This document shows, in pieces, positions 18,794 to 29,298 of a stretch of DNA of 64,000 nucleotides. Source of the stretch: Halothiobacillaceae bacterium UBA5861. Its GTDB lineage: Bacteria; Pseudomonadota; Gammaproteobacteria; UBA5861. Numbering within the stretch: position 1 is the first letter of the stretch; the number at the start of each line of letters is the position of its first letter. The notes under the pieces were generated by a model. The model ran no database searches. It saw only the letters and a program-made list of their open reading frames with translations, and had not been told where the DNA came from. The translations under genes were made by a program, and so were the position numbers. The stretch spans positions 146,555 to 210,554 of the forward strand of contig DJFX01000047.1 of the NCBI GenBank assembly GCA_002432635.1, written 5' to 3'.

Positions 18794-20635
18794 CTATGCC
18801 GATTTAGGAAGTCTGTGTTGTTGAGATTGAAGAAACTGTTCAGCGCCCTCTTTGCCCATATATTTTTTGAGAATGCGTGGATCCGTTCGTGTCAGCTCAA
18901 CCAGAATCAAACCATCCAGACAATCGTTAAATTTATCGTCACGATTGAATCCCAGCATACGGCCACCAAGCTTTATGTACTGCTTAAGCAAAATGGGTAC
19001 GCCTTTGTCGTCATCTTCAACAAAAGAAATCAGTTCCGACACTTCCTCTAAAGAAGACAGTGCGTCCACCCCAGTGTGCCGAAATACCGGTTTCCAACGG
19101 GCTTTTCGGTATGGGCGGCGGGCTCGTACCTGGGTGGCCCAACTGGCATCAAAAAGGTTGGCGCGTAAAAAATCCACCAGTAACTGCTGGGAAAAACTGG
19201 TGTAATCCCCACTGATGCTCACCGGCCCAAATAAGGTGACATACTTTGGATTCGCCACAACGAACTGCCCAATGCCTTTCCAAAGCAGGAGCAAAGGGGA
19301 AAAGCTGCGCTGATATTCTGGGCGAATAAATGATCGTCCAAGCTCAATGGCTGGCGACAAAGTTTCAAGAAAACGTCGTGAATACTTAAACAAAGAATAC
19401 GTGTAAAAACCTCGCTTTCCCGATTGGGGCAGTATTTCATCCACCAACCCAAGCCGGTAAGCACCGACGATTTCGGACTGTTTTCGGTTCCAGATAAAAA
19501 GATGTAGGTATGAGAGGTCAAACTCATCCAGGTCAAGCGCTTTTCCAGTGCCTTCACCCACAAGGCGAAAAGTTACTTCGCGCAGCCGCCCAATTTCTTT
19601 GAGTACCCAAGGAATGTTTTGGGCCGATGCACAGTAAACCGCCAGGTCACCCGACTCCGAATAACACGCATCCTTAGGCAAGGCATCCACCTCGGCTTCT
19701 AACAACGAAGCAGGTACGGCTTCTGCAATATCCTTCCAGGCGACTTCTGCATCAACCGGCTTCATCGGCGCTTTGATTTTGCGATTGATCGATTCTTTTG
19801 TAGATTGCCCGCGATTCTGGCCTAACATCTCACACTTGAGTCGCAATGTTCGCAACATATCCTCGTCGGATTTACAGCTCTTAAGTTTTTCGTAGCGAAC
19901 AGCCTGGCCAATCTGGACATCAATCTGACGATGGCTTTTATTCAAAAGCTCCCTGGGCAACATTAAGGTACGAATGCGGGGATGGAGCTTCCCAAGCAGA
20001 TGAAAAGCTAAACTATTGCGCCCGGAAAAATGAACAGGCACAACAGGCGCCTGGGTATGGCGCACCAAGCTGGCCACAATACGGTTCCAGTTCCCTTCAT
20101 GGATGCCCAGCGGCTTACCTTTCAGCTGCGCCACATCGCCGGCAGGAAAAATGACCAGTAAACCGTCCGACTTCAACCAACGCAGGGCTTCTCGTACCGG
20201 CTGAAGGTTGCCCTGAATGGATGTCTTACGCGCATAAGGGTCTACCCCCAGAAACAGCTCAGACAACTCAGGCAGACGCTGTAAAAAACCATTTGCCATG
20301 ATCTTTACGTCCTTACGTCGCTGCAGCAACATATGCGCCATGATGACACCTTCCACGGCCCCAAAAGGGTGGTTTGCGACGATCACCGTCGCCCCCGATG
20401 CCGGCACCAGATTCAAATTTCCTGCACCAACCTGATAGCAAATATCAAGCCGTTTCAAGGTAACGTCAGAAAACTCCCAGGCCGATTCACTGGACTGTAA
20501 GTTTTGATAGTAGTGCCCGAGTCTCCGTAAACCGGATACAGCCTCTAAGCTTCGGAAAAAGGTTTTTTCAACCAAGCCCGCATGATGAGGGATAAAGTCA
20601 TCCAGACTGAAAGGTGAAGAGGTACGTTCGGCCAT
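18794..20635 (-). CDS. Bifunctional acyltransferase, OlsF-like (N-terminal PlsC-like O-acyltransferase, C-terminal OlsB/GNAT-like N-acyltransferase)
   Basis: The N-terminal region has NHPFGAVEG (an HX4D/E variant) and VIFPAG (FPEG-like) motifs of lysophospholipid acyltransferases. The C-terminal ~250 aa resembles hemolysin-like/OlsB N-acyltransferases. The likely start is the Met at 20635. Confidence 0.6.
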   Translation of the reverse strand: MAERTSSPFSLDDFIPHHAGLVEKTFFRSLEAVSGLRRLGHYYQNLQSSESAWEFSDVTLKRLDICYQVGAGNLNLVPASGATVIVANHPFGAVEGVIMAHMLLQRRKDVKIMANGFLQRLPELSELFLGVDPYARKTSIQGNLQPVREALRWLKSDGLLVIFPAGDVAQLKGKPLGIHEGNWNRIVASLVRHTQAPVVPVHFSGRNSLAFHLLGKLHPRIRTLMLPRELLNKSHRQIDVQIGQAVRYEKLKSCKSDEDMLRTLRLKCEMLGQNRGQSTKESINRKIKAPMKPVDAEVAWKDIAEAVPASLLEAEVDALPKDACYSESGDLAVYCASAQNIPWVLKEIGRLREVTFRLVGEGTGKALDLDEFDLSYLHLFIWNRKQSEIVGAYRLGLVDEILPQSGKRGFYTYSLFKYSRRFLETLSPAIELGRSFIRPEYQRSFSPLLLLWKGIGQFVVANPKYVTLFGPVSISGDYTSFSQQLLVDFLRANLFDASWATQVRARRPYRKARWKPVFRHTGVDALSSLEEVSELISFVEDDDKGVPILLKQYIKLGGRMLGFNRDDKFNDCLDGLILVELTRTDPRILKKYMGKEGAEQFLQSQQHRLPKSA

Positions 20636-20752
20636 AATAATCCTACACAAACTCTAATCTGGGAAAGATTAGGTGCCTAAGATGTCAGGATGACTAAGAT
20701 TCAGTGACGTTTATATGACAATAGATCACGAAACGAGCCGAACCAAATTTTT

Positions 20753-22123
20753 TTACTTGCCGACGTTTCGCATCCAGAATGTTGGAAATGATGATGTCTT
20801 CGGCAACGTGTCAAGCACGCTTGGAGACAAATGCGCCGCCATTGAATCACCAACCTCGTCAACCGGACCTAAAATAACCGGTGTGATCCGATTGGACAGC
20901 GCCAAACCCTCAGCAACATCCGCATGTACTCGCAAGTAATTGCGCGTGTAGCCTGAAAACCGCTGCATGCCATCAGCGAGTGGCTTACCCTGCCCCTCCC
21001 ACAACACCTCACACGATTGCCCGACAAAACGTTCCAATACCTCACGCTTACTCTCGCGCGCCACATCATGCAGCTGCTGACTCCGCAAACGTTTGACATC
21101 ACCTGAAACCTGATTCGGAAACGAGGCCGCCTTGGTGCCTTCACGCGGCGAGAAAGAAAAAATGTGAATATGCCCAAAGTTCATCTGCTCAACAAATGTC
21201 AACGTCTCTTGCCAATCAAATGCGGTCTCTCCCGGAAACCCTGCGATGATATCCGTGGTGACATTAAAGTCCGGCACGACCAACCTTGCCTGGCGGACCA
21301 GCTCCGCAAAATCCTGGGTTAAACAGCGACGGGCCATCTGCCGCAAAATACGATCCGAACCACTTTGTAGAGGCAAATGCATATGCGGCATCAAACGAGG
21401 GTTGGAAAACAGCTCAAAAAAATTGAGTGGCAAGTCCCAGGGCTCCACTGATGCAAAGCGCAAGCGCGGCAAATCCGTTTCTTCCAGAATGTGTTGAACC
21501 AGCTGATACAGATTGGCGCCAAGATCACTCCCGTACCCCCCCACATGAACACCTGTTAAAACAGCTTCCTGCACACCGCTGTCAACCAGCTGATTCACTT
21601 CATCAACAATATCCTGAACCGTACGGCTGCGCTCCTCTCCCCGCGCGACCGTCACAATACAGTAAGTGCAATGGTGCCGGCAGCCATCTTGAATTTTCAC
21701 AAAAGCACGCTGACGGCCACGTTCGAACAACGGCATCACCGGAACATCAGCCTCAATGCCGTCATACCCCTCTGGCGCCGCAATATCCAGAGCATGCGCA
21801 GTGATTTCAGCTAAACGGTCTTTATGCTGATTGGAGACCACCAGATCAACCTCAAGCTGAGCGGCCGCTTCCTTCTCATCCAGCGTTGCATAGCAGCCGC
21901 TAATCACCATTTTTGCCTGCGGATTTGAACGTTTCATACGGCGCACATATTGACGCGAGGAACGCACAGCCTGCTGGGTGACCGCGCAACTGTTAAAGAC
22001 AACAAGATCTGCTTGCTCCGGGCCCGCTACCAACTGGTGGCCCTGCTCGCGAAATTGCCTGCTCCAGTTTTCAAGTTCGGCTTCATTCAGCCGACAACCA
22101 ATTGCTGTTAAATGAACGTTCAA
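20753..22123 (-). CDS. MiaB-like radical SAM tRNA methylthiotransferase (MtaB/YqeV type)
   Basis: N-terminal MTTase domain with Cys triad (NSCAV...SGCYA), radical SAM CxxxCxxC (CRHHCTYC) and a C-terminal TRAM-like region. Confidence 0.8.
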   Translation of the reverse strand: MNVHLTAIGCRLNEAELENWSRQFREQGHQLVAGPEQADLVVFNSCAVTQQAVRSSRQYVRRMKRSNPQAKMVISGCYATLDEKEAAAQLEVDLVVSNQHKDRLAEITAHALDIAAPEGYDGIEADVPVMPLFERGRQRAFVKIQDGCRHHCTYCIVTVARGEERSRTVQDIVDEVNQLVDSGVQEAVLTGVHVGGYGSDLGANLYQLVQHILEETDLPRLRFASVEPWDLPLNFFELFSNPRLMPHMHLPLQSGSDRILRQMARRCLTQDFAELVRQARLVVPDFNVTTDIIAGFPGETAFDWQETLTFVEQMNFGHIHIFSFSPREGTKAASFPNQVSGDVKRLRSQQLHDVARESKREVLERFVGQSCEVLWEGQGKPLADGMQRFSGYTRNYLRVHADVAEGLALSNRITPVILGPVDEVGDSMAAHLSPSVLDTLPKTSSFPTFWMRNVGK

Positions 22124-22222
22124 AATACGACCTTCAAAGCGGTATTAATAGGCGGGCCATTTTAGCAGAATCTGCCTGAGCGACCGAGCAACCCCCACAA
22201 GCATGATGTACACTCAACGGTT

Positions 22223-22846
22223 ATGAGTGAATCGACGACTACAAAAACCATTGCTCTGGCATTGACCGGTGCATCCGGCATGCAATACGCCTTGCGCTTA
22301 CTTGAATGTTTGCTTGATACCCAGTGCACGGTTTACCTTCTTATTTCAAAGCCCGCGCGCATTGTCCTGAAAATGGACATGGATATTTCTCTGCCCGCTC
22401 GAGCCGATGCCGCCCAGACTTATTTTTGCAAGCGATTGAATGCTAACCCCAAACAGTTGCGCGTTTTTGGGCAAGATGAGTGGACCGCACCGGTAGCCAG
22501 TGGCTCCGCAGCACCGGACTCGCTCGTTGTTTGCCCGTGCACGACAGGAACGCTATCGGCCATTGCCAGCGGGAATTGCAACAGCCTGATCGAACGTGCC
22601 GCGGATGTGGTATTGAAAGAGAGAAAACAGCTGATCGTGATGCCAAGGGAAATGCCTCTGTCCGCCATTCACCTGGAAAACATGCTCAAACTAGCGCGTA
22701 TGGGGGCCGTTATCATGCCCCCCAACCCTGGCTTTTACAACAAACCCGAAACGCTTGACGATATCATCGATTTTGTCGTTGCCCGCATTCTGGATCAGCT
22801 GGGCATCAAACAATCACTAGCTCCCGCCTGGGGGCTGGAGCACTGA
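22223..22846 (+). CDS. ubiX: Flavin prenyltransferase UbiX
   Basis: 207 aa flavoprotein. ALTGASGMQY and CPCTTGTLSAIASG are typical UbiX/Pad1 motifs. Confidence 0.85.
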   Translation: MSESTTTKTIALALTGASGMQYALRLLECLLDTQCTVYLLISKPARIVLKMDMDISLPARADAAQTYFCKRLNANPKQLRVFGQDEWTAPVASGSAAPDSLVVCPCTTGTLSAIASGNCNSLIERAADVVLKERKQLIVMPREMPLSAIHLENMLKLARMGAVIMPPNPGFYNKPETLDDIIDFVVARILDQLGIKQSLAPAWGLEH

Positions 22847-22884
22847 CGCCGTCCTTGAGTACTATGACTTTATAAGCACCGCCT

Positions 22885-23889
22885 TTACGAAGCCATGGAG
22901 CGGCGCTTCTCTGCGAGTTTTTTCTCCCACTCGTAGGCCGTCTTCACAATCACTTCAAGATCATCATACTGTGGTGTCCAGTCCAGAATACGGTGAATAC
23001 GGTCGACCGAAGCTACCAGCGACGGAGGGTCTCCTGCCCGGCGGGGCTCTTCTCTCACGGGGAAGTTAACGCTTGTGACGCGCTTGGTTGTTTCGATCAC
23101 TTCACGCACACTGTATCCATGCCCATAACCGCAATTCATCACTTGAGACTCTCCACCCTTGCGCAAGTAGTCAAGGCTTTTGACATGCGCATCCGCGAGG
23201 TCAGAAACGTGGATATAATCACGCACACCCGTACCATCATGTGTAGGGTAGTCTGTACCAAAGATCGACAAGTGCGAACGCTTACCCACGGCTGCTTCAC
23301 ACGCCACTTTAACCAGCAGCGTCGCTTTTAACGTGGACTGCCCAATCTTGCCTTCCGGATCACAGCCCGCCACATTGAAATATCTCAATACAACACTGCG
23401 CAAGTCGCTAGCTGCAGACAAGTCCTTGAGCATAAACTCCGACATCAATTTTGACATCCCATAAGGGTTAATAGGCTGTAATGTCGCCGACTCCGTAGCC
23501 AAGCCACCATCAGGAATGCCGTAAACGGCTGCCGTTGACGAAAAAATAAAGTGTTTGACCCCACCACGCTGACAGCACTCCAGCAGGCTGCGGGTGCTGC
23601 AAGTGTTATTACCATAGTATTTCAGCGGATCAGAAACCGACTCAGGCACAATGGTATGCGCGGCAAAATGCATGACTGTGTCAATATTGTGCTCACTGAT
23701 CAAGCGGTCTACCAACGCTTGATCCCCAGTTTTACCGACCACCAGCTCGCCATACAGAACGGATTCTTCAAACCCGGTCGACAAGTCATCCAAAACAACG
23801 ACTTTTTCGCCAGCTTCGCCGAGTTGCTTCACAACATGGCTGCCAATGTAACCAGCACCGCCTGTGACTAAAATTGTCTTTGCTGTCAT
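22885..23889 (-). CDS. galE: UDP-glucose 4-epimerase
   Basis: 334 aa. Rossmann motif TGGAGYIGSH, YxxxK (YGMSKLMSE) and GalE-like C-terminus. Confidence 0.85.
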   Translation of the reverse strand: MTAKTILVTGGAGYIGSHVVKQLGEAGEKVVVLDDLSTGFEESVLYGELVVGKTGDQALVDRLISEHNIDTVMHFAAHTIVPESVSDPLKYYGNNTCSTRSLLECCQRGGVKHFIFSSTAAVYGIPDGGLATESATLQPINPYGMSKLMSEFMLKDLSAASDLRSVVLRYFNVAGCDPEGKIGQSTLKATLLVKVACEAAVGKRSHLSIFGTDYPTHDGTGVRDYIHVSDLADAHVKSLDYLRKGGESQVMNCGYGHGYSVREVIETTKRVTSVNFPVREEPRRAGDPPSLVASVDRIHRILDWTPQYDDLEVIVKTAYEWEKKLAEKRRSMAS

Positions 23890-24052
23890 CCTTATTTCTA
23901 CCTTTTCCTAGGGTTATCGAAGATAAGCCGCACACATACTAAAAAATCTCTTGGTGTTTTTTTGTTGCCCAGGTAGGACTTTAGCTAAATTCTCGGAAAA
24001 GGTGAGTATCTTGCCTAAGCCATCACAGACTCAAATAAAAAACGTACAGGCG

Positions 24053-24727
24053 TCAACGCTGCTGTGGCGCACCAAAAACCGACCAGGCGGCTGCGTCCGG
24101 CGCAGGCACACCGGCGGCTAATTGCGGATCGGCCTGTAACGCCCCGGCAGTCAACGATAAAGGCAAGACGCCTGCCCAAACAGGCAAGGCATAATCCTCT
24201 TCATCGTCAACCGGCGGACCACTGCGTACTTTGACAGATACTTCCTTCAGGTCAAAGCCAATCACACTCGTCCGCGCCAGCTCTTTTTTATTCGGCACCC
24301 GAACAGCTCGTACCCGACCGGGATCAACTTTAGTGATCATCCGGTCAAGCAGATCTACCTTTTCTTCCACCTGATCAATCCTCTGCCCCTCACCAAACAC
24401 AACCACCGAGCGATAGTTCACGGAATGATGAAACGCTGAACGAGCCAATACCAAACCATCCAGTAATGTGATGCTGATACAGACTTTACCACCGTCTGCA
24501 ACCTGACCAGGCATATGCCCGCCTTTGGCTCCGTGGATATAGACAGAGTCCCTCACTCGCCAGGGGAAAGTAGGAATCACATATGGCTGACCTTTCACTG
24601 TGAATCCAACATGACACACCATCGCCTCATCAATAATCTGATAAGCCAACGCTCTATCGTAGCTGGCGCGGTTGGCACCCCGCTTGATCCGTGTTTTTTC
24701 TGTAATGGGAAATGTTTTTTGCAACAT
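24053..24727 (-). CDS. Pyridoxamine 5'-phosphate oxidase-like FMN-binding protein
   Basis: About 224 aa from the internal Met at 24727. Split-barrel PNPOx-like fold. It is divergent from a MocR-type regulator. Confidence 0.65.
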   Translation of the reverse strand: MLQKTFPITEKTRIKRGANRASYDRALAYQIIDEAMVCHVGFTVKGQPYVIPTFPWRVRDSVYIHGAKGGHMPGQVADGGKVCISITLLDGLVLARSAFHHSVNYRSVVVFGEGQRIDQVEEKVDLLDRMITKVDPGRVRAVRVPNKKELARTSVIGFDLKEVSVKVRSGPPVDDEEDYALPVWAGVLPLSLTAGALQADPQLAAGVPAPDAAAWSVFGAPQQR

Positions 24728-24843
24728 CGGGCAACCTCTCAGTGAACGAAGACATTTCAAGAATTTCAGGTGACTTCGGTGTAGCATAATGTCTAAAATG
24801 GACTCTTAAAAAGAGCCATTTCTTTTTTTTAATAGGTGCCAAT

Positions 24844-26304
24844 TTGAAGCTGCCACTGAGCAACATCCACACGATCACCCTGAAGGCGGACAAACGCGAC
24901 CCTCTCCACAAACAGCTTTACGAAGCCGTGCGCGAAGCAATATTGAACGGCAAATTCCCTGCCGGCGCACAGCTCCCTTCGAGCCGCATTTTTGCCCAAA
25001 CACTCGCTGTTTCGAGAAACACCGTGGTATCCGCATTCGATCAACTACAGGCAGAAGGCTATATTGAACGCCGCGTGGGCGCAGGCAGCTTTGTCGCCAG
25101 CACGACCCCTGAGTCCCAATTACACGCACGTCGCACAAAGCCGTTACCCACACTCACGATGACCAGCCGTTTGTCTCGGCGAGGTCAACGCCTTGCAGGC
25201 AGTCCTCCCCGACAAGCAGGGGAGGCCTTCAACGCGTTCGCCCCCGGTATTCCCGAACTCAAACAATTTCCCCGCCAAGTGTGGGCGCGGCTGTTGTCTC
25301 GCCATGCTCGAGACACCCGCTTGCTGTCCTACTCTGCACCCGCAGGTTACGCACCGCTCAGGGAAACGCTTGCCGACTATTTACGAGCTTGTCGGGCAGT
25401 TCAGTGCACAACAGAACAAGTACTCATCACCTGTGGCGCACAGCAAGCCCTTGACCTCTGTAGCCGCCTTTTAATCGACGAAGGCGACCCGGTGTGGATT
25501 GAGGAGCCGGGTTACCCCGGAGCCCGTGGTGCGTTGCTTGCTGCCGGTGCCGAGCTGATACCGGTGCCGGTCGACCATGATGGCCTCTGCATTGATGCTA
25601 TTCGAGATCGCGTACCCAAGCCTCGGTTGATTTATATCTCACCGTCTCACCAATACCCCTCCGGCACCACACTATCGCTCCAGCGACGCTTACAGTTGCT
25701 GGACTTTGCACATCAGGAACAGGCATGGATTATCGAAGACGACTACGACAGTGAATTCCGTTACCACGGTCGGCCGCTCGCTTCTATTCAGGGACTCGCC
25801 TCCAATGCAAACGTCATTTACATCGGTACCCTGTCCAAGGTATTAGTGCCCGCCATAAGACTGGGTTACATGGTGGCGCCTAAAAATCTCATAGCGGCCT
25901 TTGAAAAGGCGCGCTCCTTTGTCGATACCCACCCGCCCACCGTCACACAAGCGGCCTTGGACGATTTTATACGTGAGGGCTATTTTGCTTCCCACATCCG
26001 TCGTATGCGGAACCTCTACGCCACTCGACAAGAGATACTCTCTCACACGCTCAATCAACACTTACACGAAATATTGACACACACACCTCGGGAGACGGGG
26101 ATGCACTTAACGGCGTATGCCAAAACAGCCCTTGATGACCAGGCCATTGCCGCACAGGCTGCGCAAACAGGCTTACAGCTTCGCCCCCTATCCTCTTACT
26201 TCATTGGCCCGAATCAACAATCAGGATTTGTGTTGGGTTACGCTGGTTTCGACAAAAATGAGCTGATTGCCGGCGTGGAACAATTACGCCAACTGTTAAG
26301 CTGA
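24844..26304 (+). CDS. MocR/GabR-type regulator (GntR HTH fused to a PLP-dependent aminotransferase-like domain)
   Basis: N-terminal GntR wHTH (LPSSRIFAQTLAVSRNTVVSAFDQL) and a C-terminal fold-type I aminotransferase domain of about 350 aa. Confidence 0.85.
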   Translation: MKLPLSNIHTITLKADKRDPLHKQLYEAVREAILNGKFPAGAQLPSSRIFAQTLAVSRNTVVSAFDQLQAEGYIERRVGAGSFVASTTPESQLHARRTKPLPTLTMTSRLSRRGQRLAGSPPRQAGEAFNAFAPGIPELKQFPRQVWARLLSRHARDTRLLSYSAPAGYAPLRETLADYLRACRAVQCTTEQVLITCGAQQALDLCSRLLIDEGDPVWIEEPGYPGARGALLAAGAELIPVPVDHDGLCIDAIRDRVPKPRLIYISPSHQYPSGTTLSLQRRLQLLDFAHQEQAWIIEDDYDSEFRYHGRPLASIQGLASNANVIYIGTLSKVLVPAIRLGYMVAPKNLIAAFEKARSFVDTHPPTVTQAALDDFIREGYFASHIRRMRNLYATRQEILSHTLNQHLHEILTHTPRETGMHLTAYAKTALDDQAIAAQAAQTGLQLRPLSSYFIGPNQQSGFVLGYAGFDKNELIAGVEQLRQLLS

Positions 26305-26349
26305 GACCGGCTCATTGAACTCTTTCACAGTAGTTCCCTCTAACTGGGC

Positions 26350-27123
26350 ATGTATGACTTACTCGCTTTATTACTCCAGCCCAAGCGGTTTCTGCTTACA
26401 GCCACGGCGTTCGCACTCGCTTTCGTGACCTTTCCGTCGGCAGACGCAAAGCCATTCACGTTTTCAAATGACCAACAAACTACCACACTCATCGAACTCT
26501 TCACCTCTGAGGGCTGCAGCAGCTGTCCACCCGCAGATAGATGGTTAAGACAATTCACGGATCACCCAGGGCTATGGAAAACGGTTATCCCGATCGCGTT
26601 TCATGTCGATTACTGGAACAGCCTCGGATGGCAAGACCGCTTCTCATCACACGCTTTTTCTGAGCGGCAACGGCGCTATCGCAGACATGGCAACATTACC
26701 GCCGTTTATACGCCGGGCTTCGTTGTCGACGGGAAAGAATGGGTCGGATGGTTTCAGCAACGCGATATACACCCGGCCAGTCACACACGTGGCTTGCTGA
26801 CCGTCAACGTCGAACACGACCAAGCCACTGTCAGCTACCAAGCCGAGCAGCCACTGGCATCCTCGCTTGAATTTAATCTCGCGATTCTTGGTTTTGGAGT
26901 ACAGACGGATGTCCGCGCGGGTGAAAATCGCGGTAAACAGATGACGCACGATTTTGTTGTGCTCGGGCACAGCCAAGCTGACCTGGCTAAGACAACCACA
27001 TGGCATACACCCTTGCCAGCTTATCCAAATACTGAGGCCCACCGGTATGCCCTGGTGGCCTGGGTCACCGACCCGGATACTCACCGCCCACGCCAAGCGG
27101 CCGGTCACTGGTGGCAGCCCTAA
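26350..27123 (+). CDS. DUF1223 secreted thioredoxin-like protein
   Basis: Signal peptide, then ELFTSEGCSSCPPAD CxxC motif typical of DUF1223. Confidence 0.7.
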   Translation: MYDLLALLLQPKRFLLTATAFALAFVTFPSADAKPFTFSNDQQTTTLIELFTSEGCSSCPPADRWLRQFTDHPGLWKTVIPIAFHVDYWNSLGWQDRFSSHAFSERQRRYRRHGNITAVYTPGFVVDGKEWVGWFQQRDIHPASHTRGLLTVNVEHDQATVSYQAEQPLASSLEFNLAILGFGVQTDVRAGENRGKQMTHDFVVLGHSQADLAKTTTWHTPLPAYPNTEAHRYALVAWVTDPDTHRPRQAAGHWWQP

Positions 27124-27214
27124 TCACCTGAAAAGTGCTGTCCGGGTAGCGCAAAGAACAATCTCTCAGTAAACTAGCGGTTCAAATTCACCATTATATT
27201 TTTAGGAGGATGCT

Positions 27215-28018
27215 ATGGAGTATTCAGAATACCAGCACCTATTGTTTGACCGTAAAGACAATGGCGTCATGCTTGTGACCTTAAACCGTCCAGAAATCAT
27301 GAACGCAACCAATGCCCGTCTGCATTGGGAACTAACCAAAGTATGGGACACCGTCAATGAAGACGATAGCGTCAAAGTTATCGTCGTGACTGGCGCTGGC
27401 GACCGTGCCTTTTCAGCCGGTGGCGATAGCAGCTGGATTGCTGAAATGGTGGGCAATGCTGATTACATTCAAACAGCTCGAAAAGAAGCTGCCGACATCG
27501 TTTACAAGATGCTTGATACCGACAAGCCGATTATTTCCGCAATCAACGGCGTTGCCGTGGGCGCAGGTCTGGCGGTTGCCATGATGGCTGATATCCCAAT
27601 CATTGCTGAAGAAGCCCGCTTTACTGATGGACATGTCAAACTTGGTGTATCCGCTGGCGACCACGCAGCCATTATTTGGCCACTGCTTTGCGGTATGGCA
27701 AAAGCAAAATATTACCTGATGACCGCTGAATTTATTTCAGGTAAAGAAGCGGAACAAATGGGTATGGTAGCCAAGTGCCTGCCACGAGAAGAAGTTCTGC
27801 CAGAAGCACTGCGTATTGCTGATAAACTGGCAAAAGGCAGTCAGCCTGCAATTCAAGGCACCAAAAAAACCCTCAACGGTTGGATGCGCATGGCCGGTCC
27901 TATTTTCGACCACTCATTGAACGTCGAAATGATGTGCTTCCTCGGTTCAGACGCAGAAGAAGGTGTTGCGGCATTTCGCGAAAAACGCGAGGCCAATTTC
28001 CCTTCCGCCAACAAGTAG
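27215..28018 (+). CDS. Enoyl-CoA hydratase/isomerase (crotonase family)
   Basis: 267 aa crotonase fold ([29 protein letters not shown]). Confidence 0.85.
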   Translation: MEYSEYQHLLFDRKDNGVMLVTLNRPEIMNATNARLHWELTKVWDTVNEDDSVKVIVVTGAGDRAFSAGGDSSWIAEMVGNADYIQTARKEAADIVYKMLDTDKPIISAINGVAVGAGLAVAMMADIPIIAEEARFTDGHVKLGVSAGDHAAIIWPLLCGMAKAKYYLMTAEFISGKEAEQMGMVAKCLPREEVLPEALRIADKLAKGSQPAIQGTKKTLNGWMRMAGPIFDHSLNVEMMCFLGSDAEEGVAAFREKREANFPSANK

Positions 28019-28137
28019 GCAGCCTTTAGGTGAGGGTGGCCATCCACCCTCACATTATTCAGCACGGCATATAAGCAACACACCCAACTCAGTGACCCCG
28101 CGGATCATTCAAATTAAAACATGGGGCCGGGGGAAAC

Positions 28138-29247
28138 ATGTCAGCATCCAAACCTGAAAACAAAACGCAACATGTCACACTACAGCATAAGCTGAGTACA
28201 CTTTTAGACAAGCACACAAACCTGATCAAAACACCACAAGGGGAGTTTCCCTTTCAACTTTGGCAAACCTTGGCAGAAGCCCACCTCTTAACGCCGCTTT
28301 TATCCCAGTCACTCAATGGCCAAAACGCCACTTATGCAGAGGTTGCACGCGCTGCGGAAACTTTTGCCCAAAAGACAGGGCTGCCGGGACTCACCATGGC
28401 CTGGATCATGCAGCAATTACTGATCCGTATAATTGCCAGCAGCACCAGCGAGAGTATTCAAACCCGCTACTTGCCGCCGCTCTTGTCAGGTGAGAGCTTG
28501 TGCTCTCTTTGTATTTCGGAGCCTGATGTCGGTGCACACCCTAAGCACCTTTCAACAGAAGCGGTGCGTGACGGAGACACCTACCTACTGAATGGCGAAA
28601 AAACCTACATCACAAACGGCCCGCACGCGAGTGTATTCATCGTACTTGCGATTACTCACGTGGATGCCGGGCGAAAATTTTTTAGCGCGTTTATCATCCC
28701 CCGAGAAACGCCGGGTTTATCGACAACGCCACTAAAAGGCTTCCATGCCTTACAGCCCACAGCCCATTGCCAAGTCAAGCTGAACAACTGCCGCATCCCC
28801 CAGGACTATCGCGTGGGAGCACTCAACGACGCATTTGAATCCATCTCCAAACCCTTTCGGGAGCTTGAGGATATTCTGATGTTATGTCCAATCGCAGGCT
28901 CAGTACGCGCTTTGATTGAAAGCATCACGCGAGAAAATCAGACGACCTTAAGTCTAGAAGACCTCGGGCAAATGCTTGCCATGGCCGATACACTCTCAAG
29001 CATAGGTATGCTGGCAGCAGAAGAGCTTGACAAAACCAGTAACTCTGAGCTTAAAGTGTCGTTTATAATCACCAGCAAGCTAATGGTTGAACAATTCAAC
29101 ATTAAGATAAAAAACTACCTGAAAAACACACCATTTGGGGAGGTTGTTACGGCCCTGGCAAACGATATCGACGTATTGGTTAATATTGCCAAATATGCCA
29201 ACACAGCAAAACAAAAAGCACGTGCGGCCCGCTACCTGCAAAAATAA
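28138..29247 (+). CDS. Acyl-CoA dehydrogenase-like protein with a divergent C-terminal domain
   Basis: ACAD N-terminal and middle beta-domain motifs (SEPDVGAHPKHLST, YLLNGEKTYITNG). The last ~130 aa lack the recognisable ACAD helical/catalytic motifs. Confidence 0.6.
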   Translation: MSASKPENKTQHVTLQHKLSTLLDKHTNLIKTPQGEFPFQLWQTLAEAHLLTPLLSQSLNGQNATYAEVARAAETFAQKTGLPGLTMAWIMQQLLIRIIASSTSESIQTRYLPPLLSGESLCSLCISEPDVGAHPKHLSTEAVRDGDTYLLNGEKTYITNGPHASVFIVLAITHVDAGRKFFSAFIIPRETPGLSTTPLKGFHALQPTAHCQVKLNNCRIPQDYRVGALNDAFESISKPFRELEDILMLCPIAGSVRALIESITRENQTTLSLEDLGQMLAMADTLSSIGMLAAEELDKTSNSELKVSFIITSKLMVEQFNIKIKNYLKNTPFGEVVTALANDIDVLVNIAKYANTAKQKARAARYLQK

Positions 29248-29298
29248 CAATAGAAAACATGCCGCATGGAACGAAATACAAAAACTGGAATCCGATGA

